From positions 3,616,001-3,680,000 of the forward strand of contig OY970399.1 in NCBI GenBank assembly GCA_963720545.1: a stretch of DNA of 64,000 nt. Direction: 5' to 3'. The notes beneath the pieces were generated by a model, which worked only from the letters and a program-made list of their open reading frames with translations, made no database searches and was not told where the DNA came from. A program made the position numbers and the translations under genes. This DNA is from an uncultured Acidobacteriota bacterium (GTDB lineage Bacteria > Acidobacteriota > Vicinamibacteria > Fen-336). Shown in pieces: positions 20,694 to 33,877 of the stretch (positions are counted from its first letter, which is position 1; each line of letters opens with the position of its first letter).

Positions 20694-20694
<1 letters not shown>
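19789..20694 (-). CDS. Prenyltransferase/squalene cyclase-fold hypothetical protein
   Basis: WLLDSDPAIRWQ; QGADGQW and QLQDGGWNC QW-like repeats; SRWNTLRALRVL. Confidence 0.75.
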
Positions 20695-22723
<2,029 letters not shown>

Positions 22724-22730
22724 ACGACAA

Positions 22731-22761
22731 GCGCGGGCGGCCCTTCGAGGGACGCCCGCGC
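22731..22761. terminator. Hairpin between convergent genes
   Basis: GCGCGGGCG.CCCT-TCG-AGGG.CGCCCGCGC. Confidence 0.55.
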
Positions 22762-22776
22762 AACAATACGCCGCGG

Positions 22777-25014
<2,238 letters not shown>

Positions 25015-25095
25015 CTAACCTTCTCCTGCTGAGTGGCCGTAAGTTAACAACCTGTCGCCCATCTTATGACGGGGCGCGAGTCGGCGAAGCGTCGG

Positions 25096-25515
25096 CTATT
25101 TCTTCAGCCGGCGGACGTCGAGCAAAAGACCCAGGATTGTCAAAGTGAATGGAGTGACCGCCGCTCCGACGCCTGCCGTAGTGCCGAGGAACGGAACGCG
25201 GGCGAGGACGACAGCCAGCATCGTCGAGCTGCCGGCGAGGAGCGCCCACCACGCCCACACATCGCCGCGCCGATAAGGCACGAGCACGATCGTGAGGAAC
25301 AGGACCCCGTAGGCCGTGGCCATCGCCGCGGCGGTGCCGCGGATACCGCGCAGCGCGGTCGTCACGTCCTCGCGGCCTCCGGCGATCTCGCTGACGCGGA
25401 TACCGCTGCTTCCGTAGTCATCGGCCCGGTTGTAAGCGCGGCTGGCGGAAACGAGGGAGATCAGCGTGATTGCGATGCCCAGGAGAGTGAGCAGGATCCA
25501 GCTTGCCTTTTTCAT
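25096..25515 (-). CDS. Hypothetical membrane protein (about 4 TM)
   Basis: Hydrophobic helices; PYRRGDVWAWW. Confidence 0.7.
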   Translation of the reverse strand: MKKASWILLTLLGIAITLISLVSASRAYNRADDYGSSGIRVSEIAGGREDVTTALRGIRGTAAAMATAYGVLFLTIVLVPYRRGDVWAWWALLAGSSTMLAVVLARVPFLGTTAGVGAAVTPFTLTILGLLLDVRRLKK

Positions 25516-25543
25516 GGTGGCGACCATACCATCGGCGCGACCG

Positions 25544-26125
25544 ATGGACTCGCGCAACGCTCATCCTCAGCCAGGCACCCTGCTGGTCATCGACATGCAG
25601 CGCGGTTTCGACGCGCCGCGTTGGGGCCGACGCAACAACCCCAACATGGAAGCTCGAGCCGCCGAGCTGCTGCGTGCGTGGCGCACGGCCGGGCGCGCCG
25701 TGGTGCACGTGCGCCACATGTCCACCGAGCCGGACTCACCCCTCCGGCCCGGCCAGCCCGGAAACGAGTTCATGCCCGCCATGGTTCCGCTCGCAGGAGA
25801 ACCGGTGATCGAGAAGCAGGTCAACAGCGCCTTCATCGGCACGCCGCTTCTCGACGACCTGCGGGCTGCGGGTTGCGAGGCGTTGACGATCGTCGGGCTC
25901 ACCACCAACCACTGCATCTCGACCACCGCGCGCATGGCGGGCAACCTGGGTTTCGCGACGTCGGTCGTGTCGGACGCGACCGCAACGTTCGATCGTGTCG
26001 GCCCCGATGGCGTCGCGCATCGCGCCGAGGACATCCACGCGATCGCTCTCAGCGACCTCCACGGCGAGTTCGCGACCGTTCTCGACACGGCGGCGGTCCT
26101 CGCCGCATTGGGGAAGCGTTCCTGA
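25544..26125 (+). CDS. Isochorismatase/cysteine hydrolase
   Basis: LLVIDMQ, KQVNSAF, TNHCISTTAR. Confidence 0.9.
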   Translation: MDSRNAHPQPGTLLVIDMQRGFDAPRWGRRNNPNMEARAAELLRAWRTAGRAVVHVRHMSTEPDSPLRPGQPGNEFMPAMVPLAGEPVIEKQVNSAFIGTPLLDDLRAAGCEALTIVGLTTNHCISTTARMAGNLGFATSVVSDATATFDRVGPDGVAHRAEDIHAIALSDLHGEFATVLDTAAVLAALGKRS

Positions 26126-26135
26126 GGGAAAAGCG

Positions 26136-27128
26136 TTGGCCCGGAAAGCTGCGCTACCACTAGCCGGACGGGTCGCTCTCGTCGCGGGGGCCACACGCGG
26201 CGCCGGCCGCGGCGTCGCGCGCGCGCTCGGCGAGGCAGGCGCGATCGTTTACTGCACCGGCCGCAGCGTGAAAGGCCGGCCCTCGGCCTACAAGCGGCCC
26301 GAAACGATCGATGAGACCGCCGCGATGATCAACGACTCGGGCGGCAAGGCGATCGCCGTTCGAGTGGACCACAGCATCGAATCCGAAGTGAAGGCGCTCT
26401 TCAGCCGGATCGTCCGCGCGCACAAGCGGCTCGACATCCTGGTGGACAGCGTGGCCGGCGAGTTGCCGTTGATGAAGCAGTGGGGGTCGATGTGGACGAG
26501 CGACCTGACCCACGCCGACGAGATCCTTCGCCAGGCGCTGACCACCCGCATCGTCACGGCCAAGCACGCGGCGCTCGCGATGATGCGCGCCAGGCGCGGC
26601 CTGATCGTCGAGATCACCGAGAACGACCTCCTCGGCGTCGCGGCCAGCCCGTTGGCGCACGTCGTGAAGGTTGCGCAGAAGGCGCTGCCTCTCGAATGGG
26701 CCGCGCAACTCAAGCCGCACGGCATCGCCGTCCTGTCGGTGACGCCGGGGTTCCTCCGCTCGGAGTCGATGCTCCAGCACTTCGGGGTCACCGAGGCGAA
26801 CTGGCGTGACGCGGGTAAGAAGGACCAGAACTTCCTGGTGTCGGAGTCGCCGCTCTACGTCGGGCGCGCCGTCGCAGCGCTCGCCGCCGATCCGAAGGTG
26901 CTCGAGCGGACGGGAATGCTCTGGAGCTCGTGGGAGCTCGCGCGCCAGTACAAGTTCACCGACTACGACGGCCGCCGCCCGGACTGGGGCCGCCACAAGA
27001 TCGACTGGGCAGGGATGCCGAAGGCGTGGCTCGCCTTATTCAAGACGGGTTGCGAACTCGAGATCCGTTGGCACCGCGAACTCCAGGCAAGAGCCAGGAG
27101 CTTCGGCGCCAAGATCCCGAAGGCCTGA
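26136..27128 (+). CDS. SDR family oxidoreductase
   Basis: VAGATRGAGRG, TPGFLRSE, SESPLYVGRA; TTG start with GAGGG RBS. Confidence 0.88.
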   Translation: MARKAALPLAGRVALVAGATRGAGRGVARALGEAGAIVYCTGRSVKGRPSAYKRPETIDETAAMINDSGGKAIAVRVDHSIESEVKALFSRIVRAHKRLDILVDSVAGELPLMKQWGSMWTSDLTHADEILRQALTTRIVTAKHAALAMMRARRGLIVEITENDLLGVAASPLAHVVKVAQKALPLEWAAQLKPHGIAVLSVTPGFLRSESMLQHFGVTEANWRDAGKKDQNFLVSESPLYVGRAVAALAADPKVLERTGMLWSSWELARQYKFTDYDGRRPDWGRHKIDWAGMPKAWLALFKTGCELEIRWHRELQARARSFGAKIPKA

Positions 27129-27154
27129 GGGATCGACTGGCAGTCGAATCGCGG

Positions 27155-28906
27155 TCAGGCGAACATCTGGCGATCCTGCGTCTTGATCGGGTCGTCCCAG
27201 AACGCCTGCCACCACGGCTTGTCGGAAGCTTTTTTCGGCGGCAGCCTGAGCGTGATCACCTTCAAGCCCTTGCCCTTGGCATTTTCCTGCGCGGTGCGGA
27301 AGCGGTAGTGATCGTAGAGGCGTAGCGCCTCGATCATGTAGGTCGTCGCGATGGTCCGGTCCTTCACGAACACCAGGTTCTCGCCGTTCTCCTGGTCGGC
27401 CGGTTCGGAGAAGTTGTAGGAGCCGAAGTAGACCCTCGCATCGGGCGTGCCGAAGTCGATCACGACGAACTTGTGATGCATTCGCGTTCCGCGTTCGGTG
27501 CCGTGTTCGCCGGCCAGCCCCGAGGGCTCGGTGGCGAATGGTGCCGGTACACCCGCAGTGAGAGCCGACGAACGCACGACCCGGCGCTTCTCATCCGGAC
27601 TGATGACGGTGACGCCGAGATTGCCAGCCTTGACGTTGGCATCGGCGATTCCGAGAGTGAACACCTTCTTGCTCCTGATCTGCTTGCCGAGGGCGGGGCC
27701 GATCGGGCCCTTCGTCATCTGGCCGAGAAACGCCAGCGAGAACAGAACCGAAGACTTTGCCTTGCCGATGTCGGCGCCCACATCCGCGAGCAAACCGGTT
27801 TCCTCGGTGTGGGGCGAATAGCCGACCTGTGCGGTGATCCCGGTCAGGCCGAGCTTGTGCCAACCGGCCGAGGACTTCGCGGCCCGAAAGTCTTTGGCGG
27901 CCGCCGCCGCGAAGTAGCTGTCGAACGCCTCGACATAGTCGTCGACGGCTTTCTTGCTGTTCACGATGGCGGCATTGTTCGACTGCACGTAGAAGCCTCG
28001 CCACGTGTAGTTGGTCGACCCGAACACCACCTTGTGAATGCCCGTCCCACTGACGGCGATCGACTTGTGGTGCTGGAGGTTCGCCATGTGCTGGCGCTTG
28101 ACGTTGCCGGCTCCCGCGCTCGTCCGCAGCCGCTCGGCGGCCTTGCTTTCCGGCGCTGCCAACGGCTTGTGCTCCGCGGAGTCGTCGATGATGATCTTGA
28201 GCCGGGACTTGAGCCGCTCCAGGCGCGTCACGATCTCCGGGAGGTTGAGGTCGTAGGCGATCATCCGGACGCTCGCCTTCTTCTTGATGGCTTCGTCCAG
28301 GAGTTCGAGGATTGCCGAGCGCGCTTCGAAACCCATCCATTCGTAGGCTTCCGCGGCTCGCTTGTGCGTCGGCTCGAACTCGAGTCCGTTCTTCGCGTTC
28401 GCCGGCACCAGGGTGGTGATTGCCCCGTCGGGCTCGAATCTCTTGACGAAGGCTTGCGAGGAGACGAAGCCACGTGTGAATGCGATGTTGATCTGGCCGG
28501 GTTGTGTCTCCCGCAGCAACGCGATTGCAGCGCTCTGCGGCTCGCCGCGGCCCAACGCGCCGCTTTCGTCCATGAACATCGGCGTCACGCGGTAGGTGTA
28601 TTTGCCTTGCAGGCCGGGATCGTTCGGAAAATGCACCCAGCGAAAATACTGGATCGGCGCCACCGTGCTCTGCAGGGTCGGATCCGTGAATTTCTTGCGC
28701 TGCCCAGGAAAGCCGATGCGGTTCCGAACGGCCCAGAACTGGTCGCGTCCGGGCTCTCGGAACTCGATCGCGAAGCCGACGAAGTTGCGCGGCGGCTTGC
28801 CGTCGCGCCAGTTCATCGCCAGCAGGGCCATGCCGTCGCCGCGATGCACCTTGAGTGTGAAGGGCGCCTTTGAATTCGCTCCGGTGACCTGAAACTCCGT
28901 GCTCAT
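27155..28906 (-). CDS. Phospholipase D superfamily protein (two HKD-like motifs)
   Basis: HHKSIAVS...GSTNY (variant) and HHKFVVID...GSYNFS...ENL. Confidence 0.85.
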   Translation of the reverse strand: MSTEFQVTGANSKAPFTLKVHRGDGMALLAMNWRDGKPPRNFVGFAIEFREPGRDQFWAVRNRIGFPGQRKKFTDPTLQSTVAPIQYFRWVHFPNDPGLQGKYTYRVTPMFMDESGALGRGEPQSAAIALLRETQPGQINIAFTRGFVSSQAFVKRFEPDGAITTLVPANAKNGLEFEPTHKRAAEAYEWMGFEARSAILELLDEAIKKKASVRMIAYDLNLPEIVTRLERLKSRLKIIIDDSAEHKPLAAPESKAAERLRTSAGAGNVKRQHMANLQHHKSIAVSGTGIHKVVFGSTNYTWRGFYVQSNNAAIVNSKKAVDDYVEAFDSYFAAAAAKDFRAAKSSAGWHKLGLTGITAQVGYSPHTEETGLLADVGADIGKAKSSVLFSLAFLGQMTKGPIGPALGKQIRSKKVFTLGIADANVKAGNLGVTVISPDEKRRVVRSSALTAGVPAPFATEPSGLAGEHGTERGTRMHHKFVVIDFGTPDARVYFGSYNFSEPADQENGENLVFVKDRTIATTYMIEALRLYDHYRFRTAQENAKGKGLKVITLRLPPKKASDKPWWQAFWDDPIKTQDRQMFA

Positions 28907-28973
28907 GGATTCTCCGGGGTAAGTGTCGACAACTGTAGCGTCGAACCGGCTCCGGCGAGGCGACGTTTTTTGG

Positions 28974-30050
28974 CTACTTCGAGCGGGATTGCAGGAAGGA
29001 GAAGAGCGCCCGCTCGTCGCCCTTGAGGCGGGAGCGGATCGGCGCCTGCTCGCCGGGCGCGCCGGGCAGCGTGCCGTCCAGGTACCCTTCGATCACTGCG
29101 GGGTGCACGTACGAGCGCCGGCAGATCGCGGCAGTGTTGCCGAGCCGCGAGGAGACCGACTCGATTGCCTTCTTCACCTGCTGCGCGCCGTGGCGCTCGC
29201 TCGCTGCCGGTTCTGCCTGGCGCAGCAGGCACGCGGCGAGCACGCTGGCAGCCCAGGTGCGGAAATCTTTCGCGCTGAAGTCCTCGGCCGTGGCGTCGCG
29301 CAGGTACGCGTTCACGTCGGCGGAGGTGAGCACGCGGCGGCGGCCGGTCTCGTCGAGGTACTGGAACAGCGTGCGGCCGGGAAGTTCCTGGCATGCCTTC
29401 ACGATCTTGCCGAGCCGCCGGTCTTCCAGCACGACGACGTGGTCGCGCTTGCTCTTGCCGCGAAAACGAAACTCGAGCCGCTTGCCCGAAACGCTGACGT
29501 GCCGGTCGCGCAGGGTGGTGAGCCCATAGGAGCTGTTCTGCCGCGCGTACTCTTCGTTGCCGACGCGAATCAGGGTCGCTTCGAGCAGCCGCACGACTGC
29601 CGCCGCAACCTTCGGCCCATCGAGCGCAGGCCTGCGCAGGTCGCGCGCCGTGCGCGCCCGAAGGTTGGGCAGCCGCTTCGCAAAATCGCGGAGGCGTTCG
29701 TACTTCGCTTCGTCGCGAGCGGCCCGCCACAGCGCGTGATAACGGTATTGCTTGCGCCCCTTCGCGTCGCGACCTACGGCCTGGATGTGCCCGCGCTCAT
29801 CGGCGCTGATCCACACGTCCTTCCACGCTGGCGGGATCGCAAGGCTGCGGATGCGTCCCAATGTCTTCGCGTCGCGCACCGGCGCGTGATGCGCGTTCGT
29901 GTAGCGGAAGCCGCGGCCCGAACGCACGCGTGAGATGCCGGGCGCGCCCAGGATTACGTAGCGCAAGCCGCGCGGCGCCCGGACGAAGGCGGTCGGAGCT
30001 GCGACGATCGAGCGCCGGCGAGCCCGAACGACGCGCAGACTTGGCATCAC
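28974..30050 (-). CDS. Bacterial DNA topoisomerase IB
   Basis: IPPAW, GRKQYRY, IRVGNEEY, FRGKS, KDFRTW, LGNT.AICRRSYVHP. Confidence 0.93.
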   Translation of the reverse strand: MMPSLRVVRARRRSIVAAPTAFVRAPRGLRYVILGAPGISRVRSGRGFRYTNAHHAPVRDAKTLGRIRSLAIPPAWKDVWISADERGHIQAVGRDAKGRKQYRYHALWRAARDEAKYERLRDFAKRLPNLRARTARDLRRPALDGPKVAAAVVRLLEATLIRVGNEEYARQNSSYGLTTLRDRHVSVSGKRLEFRFRGKSKRDHVVVLEDRRLGKIVKACQELPGRTLFQYLDETGRRRVLTSADVNAYLRDATAEDFSAKDFRTWAASVLAACLLRQAEPAASERHGAQQVKKAIESVSSRLGNTAAICRRSYVHPAVIEGYLDGTLPGAPGEQAPIRSRLKGDERALFSFLQSRSK

Positions 30051-30062
30051 TACGCCCGAACC

Positions 30063-30078
30063 TGCAAGGCATGTGCCG
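30063..30078 (-). promoter_or_regulatory. Sigma54 (-24/-12) promoter upstream of topoisomerase IB
   Basis: CGGCAC-ATGCC-TTGCA on the minus strand, exact GG-N10-GC spacing. Confidence 0.6.
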
Positions 30079-30155
30079 GTTCGACCGAAGCCTCAGGACG
30101 CCGGTTCTCCGGCGCGTAACGACCCGTTTGGCGGTCCACTTTGTTCTATCTACAC

Positions 30156-30671
30156 TCAGGCAGTCTTCTCGGCTGTGGCGCTCGATTCGGTGGTGTCGCG
30201 AGTCACCAAAGGGACGATGCCGCCTGCCAGACCCGCGCCAAGTGCGAGAACACCCCAGGTCAAGCCGGGTCGCGAGATGCCAAGCAGGGCGTCGAGGGAG
30301 AACGAACCGGCGCCGGTGAGGGCCAGCGCGAGGGCCGCAGTAGAAAGGACCAGCAGGTACTCGTAGCCGCCGCTCGGAGCGAAGAACCCGTTCTTGAGGT
30401 GGACGGTCACGGCCGCCACCAGCATCACGCCAATGATCGCCGCCGCAGCCGCGGGCGTCGCAAGCCCGGCAGCAAGGGCCAGCCCGCCGAAGAACTCGGC
30501 CGCGCCGGCCTGGGCCGCATAAATGCGTCCGGGCCGGAAGCCCAATTGCTCGAGGAACTGCCCCGTGCCGCTCAGGCCGTACCCGCCGAACCAGCCGAAC
30601 AGCTTTTGCGCGCCATGCGCCGCCAGGGTCAGTCCCACCACCAGGCGCAAGATCAACAAACCAGTGTCCAT
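30156..30671 (-). CDS. DoxX family membrane protein
   Basis: HGAQKLFGWFGG, GGYEY, GAGSFSLD. Confidence 0.9.
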   Translation of the reverse strand: MDTGLLILRLVVGLTLAAHGAQKLFGWFGGYGLSGTGQFLEQLGFRPGRIYAAQAGAAEFFGGLALAAGLATPAAAAAIIGVMLVAAVTVHLKNGFFAPSGGYEYLLVLSTAALALALTGAGSFSLDALLGISRPGLTWGVLALGAGLAGGIVPLVTRDTTESSATAEKTA

Positions 30672-30791
30672 GTCAGCCTCCAGGCTTTCGTCAGGGGAGT
30701 CACTTCCCCAACGAAAGCAATGTAGGCCGAATGGTATCTCATGTCAAGTAGCTATCTATTGGAAAGCAGACGGAGTACAATCCTTTTCAGG

Positions 30792-31115
30792 ATGGGCAAA
30801 ACACTCGATCCCCATTGCCGGGCGTACCAGAACGCGGTCGACCTGATCGCGCGCCCGTGGACCGGGCTCATCCTGAGCCTGCTTCAGGAGGGTCCGCTAC
30901 GGTTCAGCGAGCTCGAAGAGGGAACCCGCGGCGTCGGCGCCAAGACCCTGTCCGCGCGCCTCAAGGAACTTGAAGCCCGAAAAGTGATCGCGCGTCACGT
31001 GGAGGCGGGGCCTCCGGTGCGCGTGCAGTACGCGCTGACATCCAAAGGCCGCGCTTTCCAGCACGTCGCGGCAGCGATCGAGCGCTGGGGCAGGGAACTG
31101 ATTGCCGACGACTAG
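30792..31115 (+). CDS. HxlR family transcriptional regulator
   Basis: N-terminal Cys; WTGLIL, LRFSEL, LSARLKELE, PPVRVQYALT.KG. Confidence 0.9.
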   Translation: MGKTLDPHCRAYQNAVDLIARPWTGLILSLLQEGPLRFSELEEGTRGVGAKTLSARLKELEARKVIARHVEAGPPVRVQYALTSKGRAFQHVAAAIERWGRELIADD

Positions 31116-31116
31116 C

Positions 31117-31596
31117 TCAACGCACTCGCTTGAAGGCGGAGACAGGCACCGAGCCGTCCGGACGCGGCGGGACCCGCCACTCGAGGTCGTCGCCCACGAG
31201 CGTATAGACGCGCAGCTGCGTCGTGTCGTCGAAGTTGGGGTACGAGGCGCCGACGATCTGGAGCGTGATGGTGCTCTTCGCCGCGTCGACGGTGTAGGTG
31301 CCGAAGAGCGTGCTCATCGTGACGACCGCTTCCCGATACTCTTCAGGCGTGCCGCGCAGCCTGTCTTGCGACGCGAATTTCAGCCGGTCGGCACGGAAGA
31401 CGTTGATGGAGAAATGCCCGTCCGCGGTGAAGATGGCCTGGCCGCGGGGGTTGGGACCATAGTCGGCCGTGCGCGTACCGTCGGTCTTGATGACGTCCGC
31501 CGCGGTCAGCGTCCACGTGCCAACGACGGGGGACGGCGTCTGTGCCGTCGCGATCGCCGGAACCAGCGCGCATAGAAGGACGAGCGACCTGTTCAT
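31117..31596 (-). CDS. Lipocalin-like domain protein
   Basis: Signal peptide; VGTWTL, YGPNPRG, FGTYTVD, SYPNF. Confidence 0.8.
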   Translation of the reverse strand: MNRSLVLLCALVPAIATAQTPSPVVGTWTLTAADVIKTDGTRTADYGPNPRGQAIFTADGHFSINVFRADRLKFASQDRLRGTPEEYREAVVTMSTLFGTYTVDAAKSTITLQIVGASYPNFDDTTQLRVYTLVGDDLEWRVPPRPDGSVPVSAFKRVR

Positions 31597-31667
31597 AGTT
31601 CAGTAGCTCCTCTACGATGTGAGTACAAAGAGTAGACGTTGTTGAGTGCCCAGGACAGGAGGACGAG

Positions 31668-32042
31668 ATGGCGCAGAAGATCACGTACTGGCTCACCACG
31701 ATCATCGCCGCCGCGATGCTCGGGATGGCGGTTACCTATTTCACCAACCCGGAAGCGGTCGCCGGCTTCAGCCACGTCGGGTACCCGCAACACCTGAGAG
31801 TTGTGCTCGGGGTGGCCAAGCCCGCCGCCGGCGTCGTTTTGCTGCTGCCGGGACTTGGCCTGCTCAAGGAGTGGGCCTACGCGGGAGCGTCCTTCGCATG
31901 GTCGATGGCATTCATCGCGCATCACCAGGCCGGCGACGGCCCAGTCGCGTTCGTGCCGCTCGCGCTGCTGGCCATCCTGATCGTCTCCTATTTGACGAGA
32001 CCCGCGGACCGCCGCCCGTCCATGATGGCCCTATCCGCCTGA
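31668..32042 (+). CDS. DoxX-like family protein
   Basis: GYP...LGVAK...LKEWAYAG; AGGAGG RBS. Confidence 0.85.
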   Translation: MAQKITYWLTTIIAAAMLGMAVTYFTNPEAVAGFSHVGYPQHLRVVLGVAKPAAGVVLLLPGLGLLKEWAYAGASFAWSMAFIAHHQAGDGPVAFVPLALLAILIVSYLTRPADRRPSMMALSA

Positions 32043-32048
32043 CACCGC

Positions 32049-32113
32049 CGTTTTCCCGAAGCGAGTTCATCGCTTGCGCTGTTCGAAAGGGATCTCATAA
32101 CTGGCATCCCTCG
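32049..32113 (+). repeat. REP-like repeat (copy 1)
   Basis: CGTTTTCCCGA...CTTGCGCTG...AGGGATCTC matches 43414-43459; followed by inverted ATCCCTCG. Confidence 0.65.
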
Positions 32114-32124
32114 TCCACGCGTGA

Positions 32125-32523
32125 TCATTCGTCGATGCGAACGATGACCGCGGTCCACGGACAAAAGCGGCCCGCTCCGAACCCGAACCCTTCACGCTCC
32201 ACGTCGGATGGCCGCCCGTCGCAGACCTCGATCGTCGCCTCGGCGAAGGTGAGGTCCTCGAGATGCCAGTTCCAGCCCGTGTTGGCCTGTGTGCCCGCGA
32301 CGATGCGGCCGGTCGGGATCCGTGCAGGGCCGCCCCCCTGGGCGGCGCGCGCAGCGGCCAGTTGGTCTGCGCTCGTGAGCGATACGCGGAACGTCTCATC
32401 CTGAACTGCGAACGTGACTATTGCCTTCGATGACGGAGCAGCCGGTGAATCGGTTCCGCACGCGCCGACGACCAGAGCACCGGCCACTGTGCCCGCCACG
32501 GCAAAAGTCCTGACTACGCTCAT
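32125..32523 (-). CDS. Small lipoprotein (BP74-like)
   Basis: Lipobox VGAC; WNWHL, IEVCDGRPS, RFCPW. Confidence 0.7.
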   Translation of the reverse strand: MSVVRTFAVAGTVAGALVVGACGTDSPAAPSSKAIVTFAVQDETFRVSLTSADQLAAARAAQGGGPARIPTGRIVAGTQANTGWNWHLEDLTFAEATIEVCDGRPSDVEREGFGFGAGRFCPWTAVIVRIDE

Positions 32524-32607
32524 CGAGACACCTTGTCCTCATCATATCCAGCGGGAAGAGGCGGCATCAAAGAGGACGGGTTAGGGACGTTTCGGTGCGG
32601 TGAAGGG

Positions 32608-32958
32608 TTCGGCAACAGCACCGACGATTACATGAAGGTGCATAGCCAGGGCGCCAAAGAGGCCGACGTCACGGAGGGTTCGAACGGCATCTGGGAACGC
32701 TTGCGCTACAACTGGTCCAATCCCAACCGTGTCGTCATGACCACCACCGATTCCAACCTGTGGGGCGGCGCGTCCGGGCACACCTACACCTTCACGCCGC
32801 GGCCCGACGGCAAGACCGACCTCGACGCGGTGGTCATTCGAGAGGGCAAGAATTTCAAGGGACGAGCGCTCGGGCTCGTGCTCTCTATCTTCGGCAAGAG
32901 CGTCCTGGGATCGGCGTTCGCAAAGACGGTCAAGGCAATCGAGGCCCGGAAGGTTTAA
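32608..32958 (+). pseudogene. 5'-truncated hypothetical protein (SRPBCC-like)
   Basis: Coding-like from FGNS...DVTEGS.GIWERL.Y; upstream frame looks non-coding and has no good start. Confidence 0.5.
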
Positions 32959-33040
32959 CAGTCTGTGGGAGGTCATCGTGGAGTCGAACGGTGAACCCCC
33001 AACTCGAACCGCGTGGAAATGACTTGTTTGTTGCCGGAAT

Positions 33041-33086
33041 TGGTGGAGCTGAGGGGGGATCGAACCCCCTGACCTCGTGAATGCCA
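33041..33086 (-). repeat. Duplicated 3' half of tRNA-Ala (att site)
   Basis: Matches 35934-35977 apart from one extra G and one extra C; ends in the anticodon loop. Confidence 0.92.
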
Positions 33087-33137
33087 GTGCTTTGGCCTCC
33101 GGGCTGCGCTCGCTTGCGTTCCTCGATGGTATGGACG

Positions 33138-33153
33138 TATGATAATCATCATA
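33138..33153. promoter_or_regulatory. TetR operator 1
   Basis: Palindrome TATGAT-AATC-ATCATA directly before -10 TATGGT. Confidence 0.75.
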
Positions 33154-33166
33154 TATGGTCAGAGCC

Positions 33167-33748
33167 ATGAAACGACCCGTTTCCAGACGCAAGGAAGCCA
33201 CACACGAACGCATCGTCGAGGCCGCCGCGCGCGCCATCCGGCGCAGCGGCTACAGCGGCATAGGCGTCGCCGACATCATGAAGGACGCGGGCTTGACGCA
33301 CGGCGGCTTCTACGCCCACTTTGCGTCGCGCGAGTCGATGCTCGCCGAGGCAGCCGACCGCGCTGGCGCCGAGGGCATGGCGGCCGTGATGCGGATCGCT
33401 GCCGCGGCCCCGCCGCAGCAGGCTCTGCAGGCGATGTTGCGGGGTTACCTCTCGAAAGCGCATGCCGAAGCCGTGGAGACGGGCTGCGGGGTGGCGGCCC
33501 TCTGTTCGGAAACGCCGCGCCAGGCCCCTGAGGTGCGGCGGGCCGTCACGCGTCGCATCAAGGAGATGATCGACCTCGTCGCCCGACAGTCGCCCGACTG
33601 GGGACAGCCGAGCGCGCACGAGCGTGCGCTCGCCATCGTGGCCACGATGGTCGGCGCACTCGTCCTGGCACGCGCCGTGGACGATGCGCCGCTTTCCGAC
33701 GCGCTCCGTGAGGCGGCGCTGAAACACTTCAGCCTCAACGCCAGCTAA
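33167..33748 (+). CDS. TetR/AcrR family regulator
   Basis: GVADIMKDAGLTHGGFYAHF.S. Confidence 0.93.
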   Translation: MKRPVSRRKEATHERIVEAAARAIRRSGYSGIGVADIMKDAGLTHGGFYAHFASRESMLAEAADRAGAEGMAAVMRIAAAAPPQQALQAMLRGYLSKAHAEAVETGCGVAALCSETPRQAPEVRRAVTRRIKEMIDLVARQSPDWGQPSAHERALAIVATMVGALVLARAVDDAPLSDALREAALKHFSLNAS

Positions 33749-33785
33749 CCCAAATGGAACCTTGGCGGCACCGATTGCGTCGTGG

Positions 33786-33805
33786 AATATGATTAGCATC
33801 ATATT
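33786..33805. promoter_or_regulatory. TetR operator 2
   Basis: Palindrome AATATGAT-TAGC-ATCATATT. Confidence 0.75.
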
Positions 33806-33877
33806 TGGACCACTCTGCGGATGGCTTGGACGCTCGGGCAACCCGAACGACGATCAGTGCAAGAAGGGAACGAGATC

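Noticed and set aside
28974..30050. Integrase for the tRNA islet
   Set aside because: Motifs are those of topoisomerase IB, and the gene lies outside the att repeats
33041..33086. Second functional tRNA
   Set aside because: Lacks the 5' acceptor strand and D-arm
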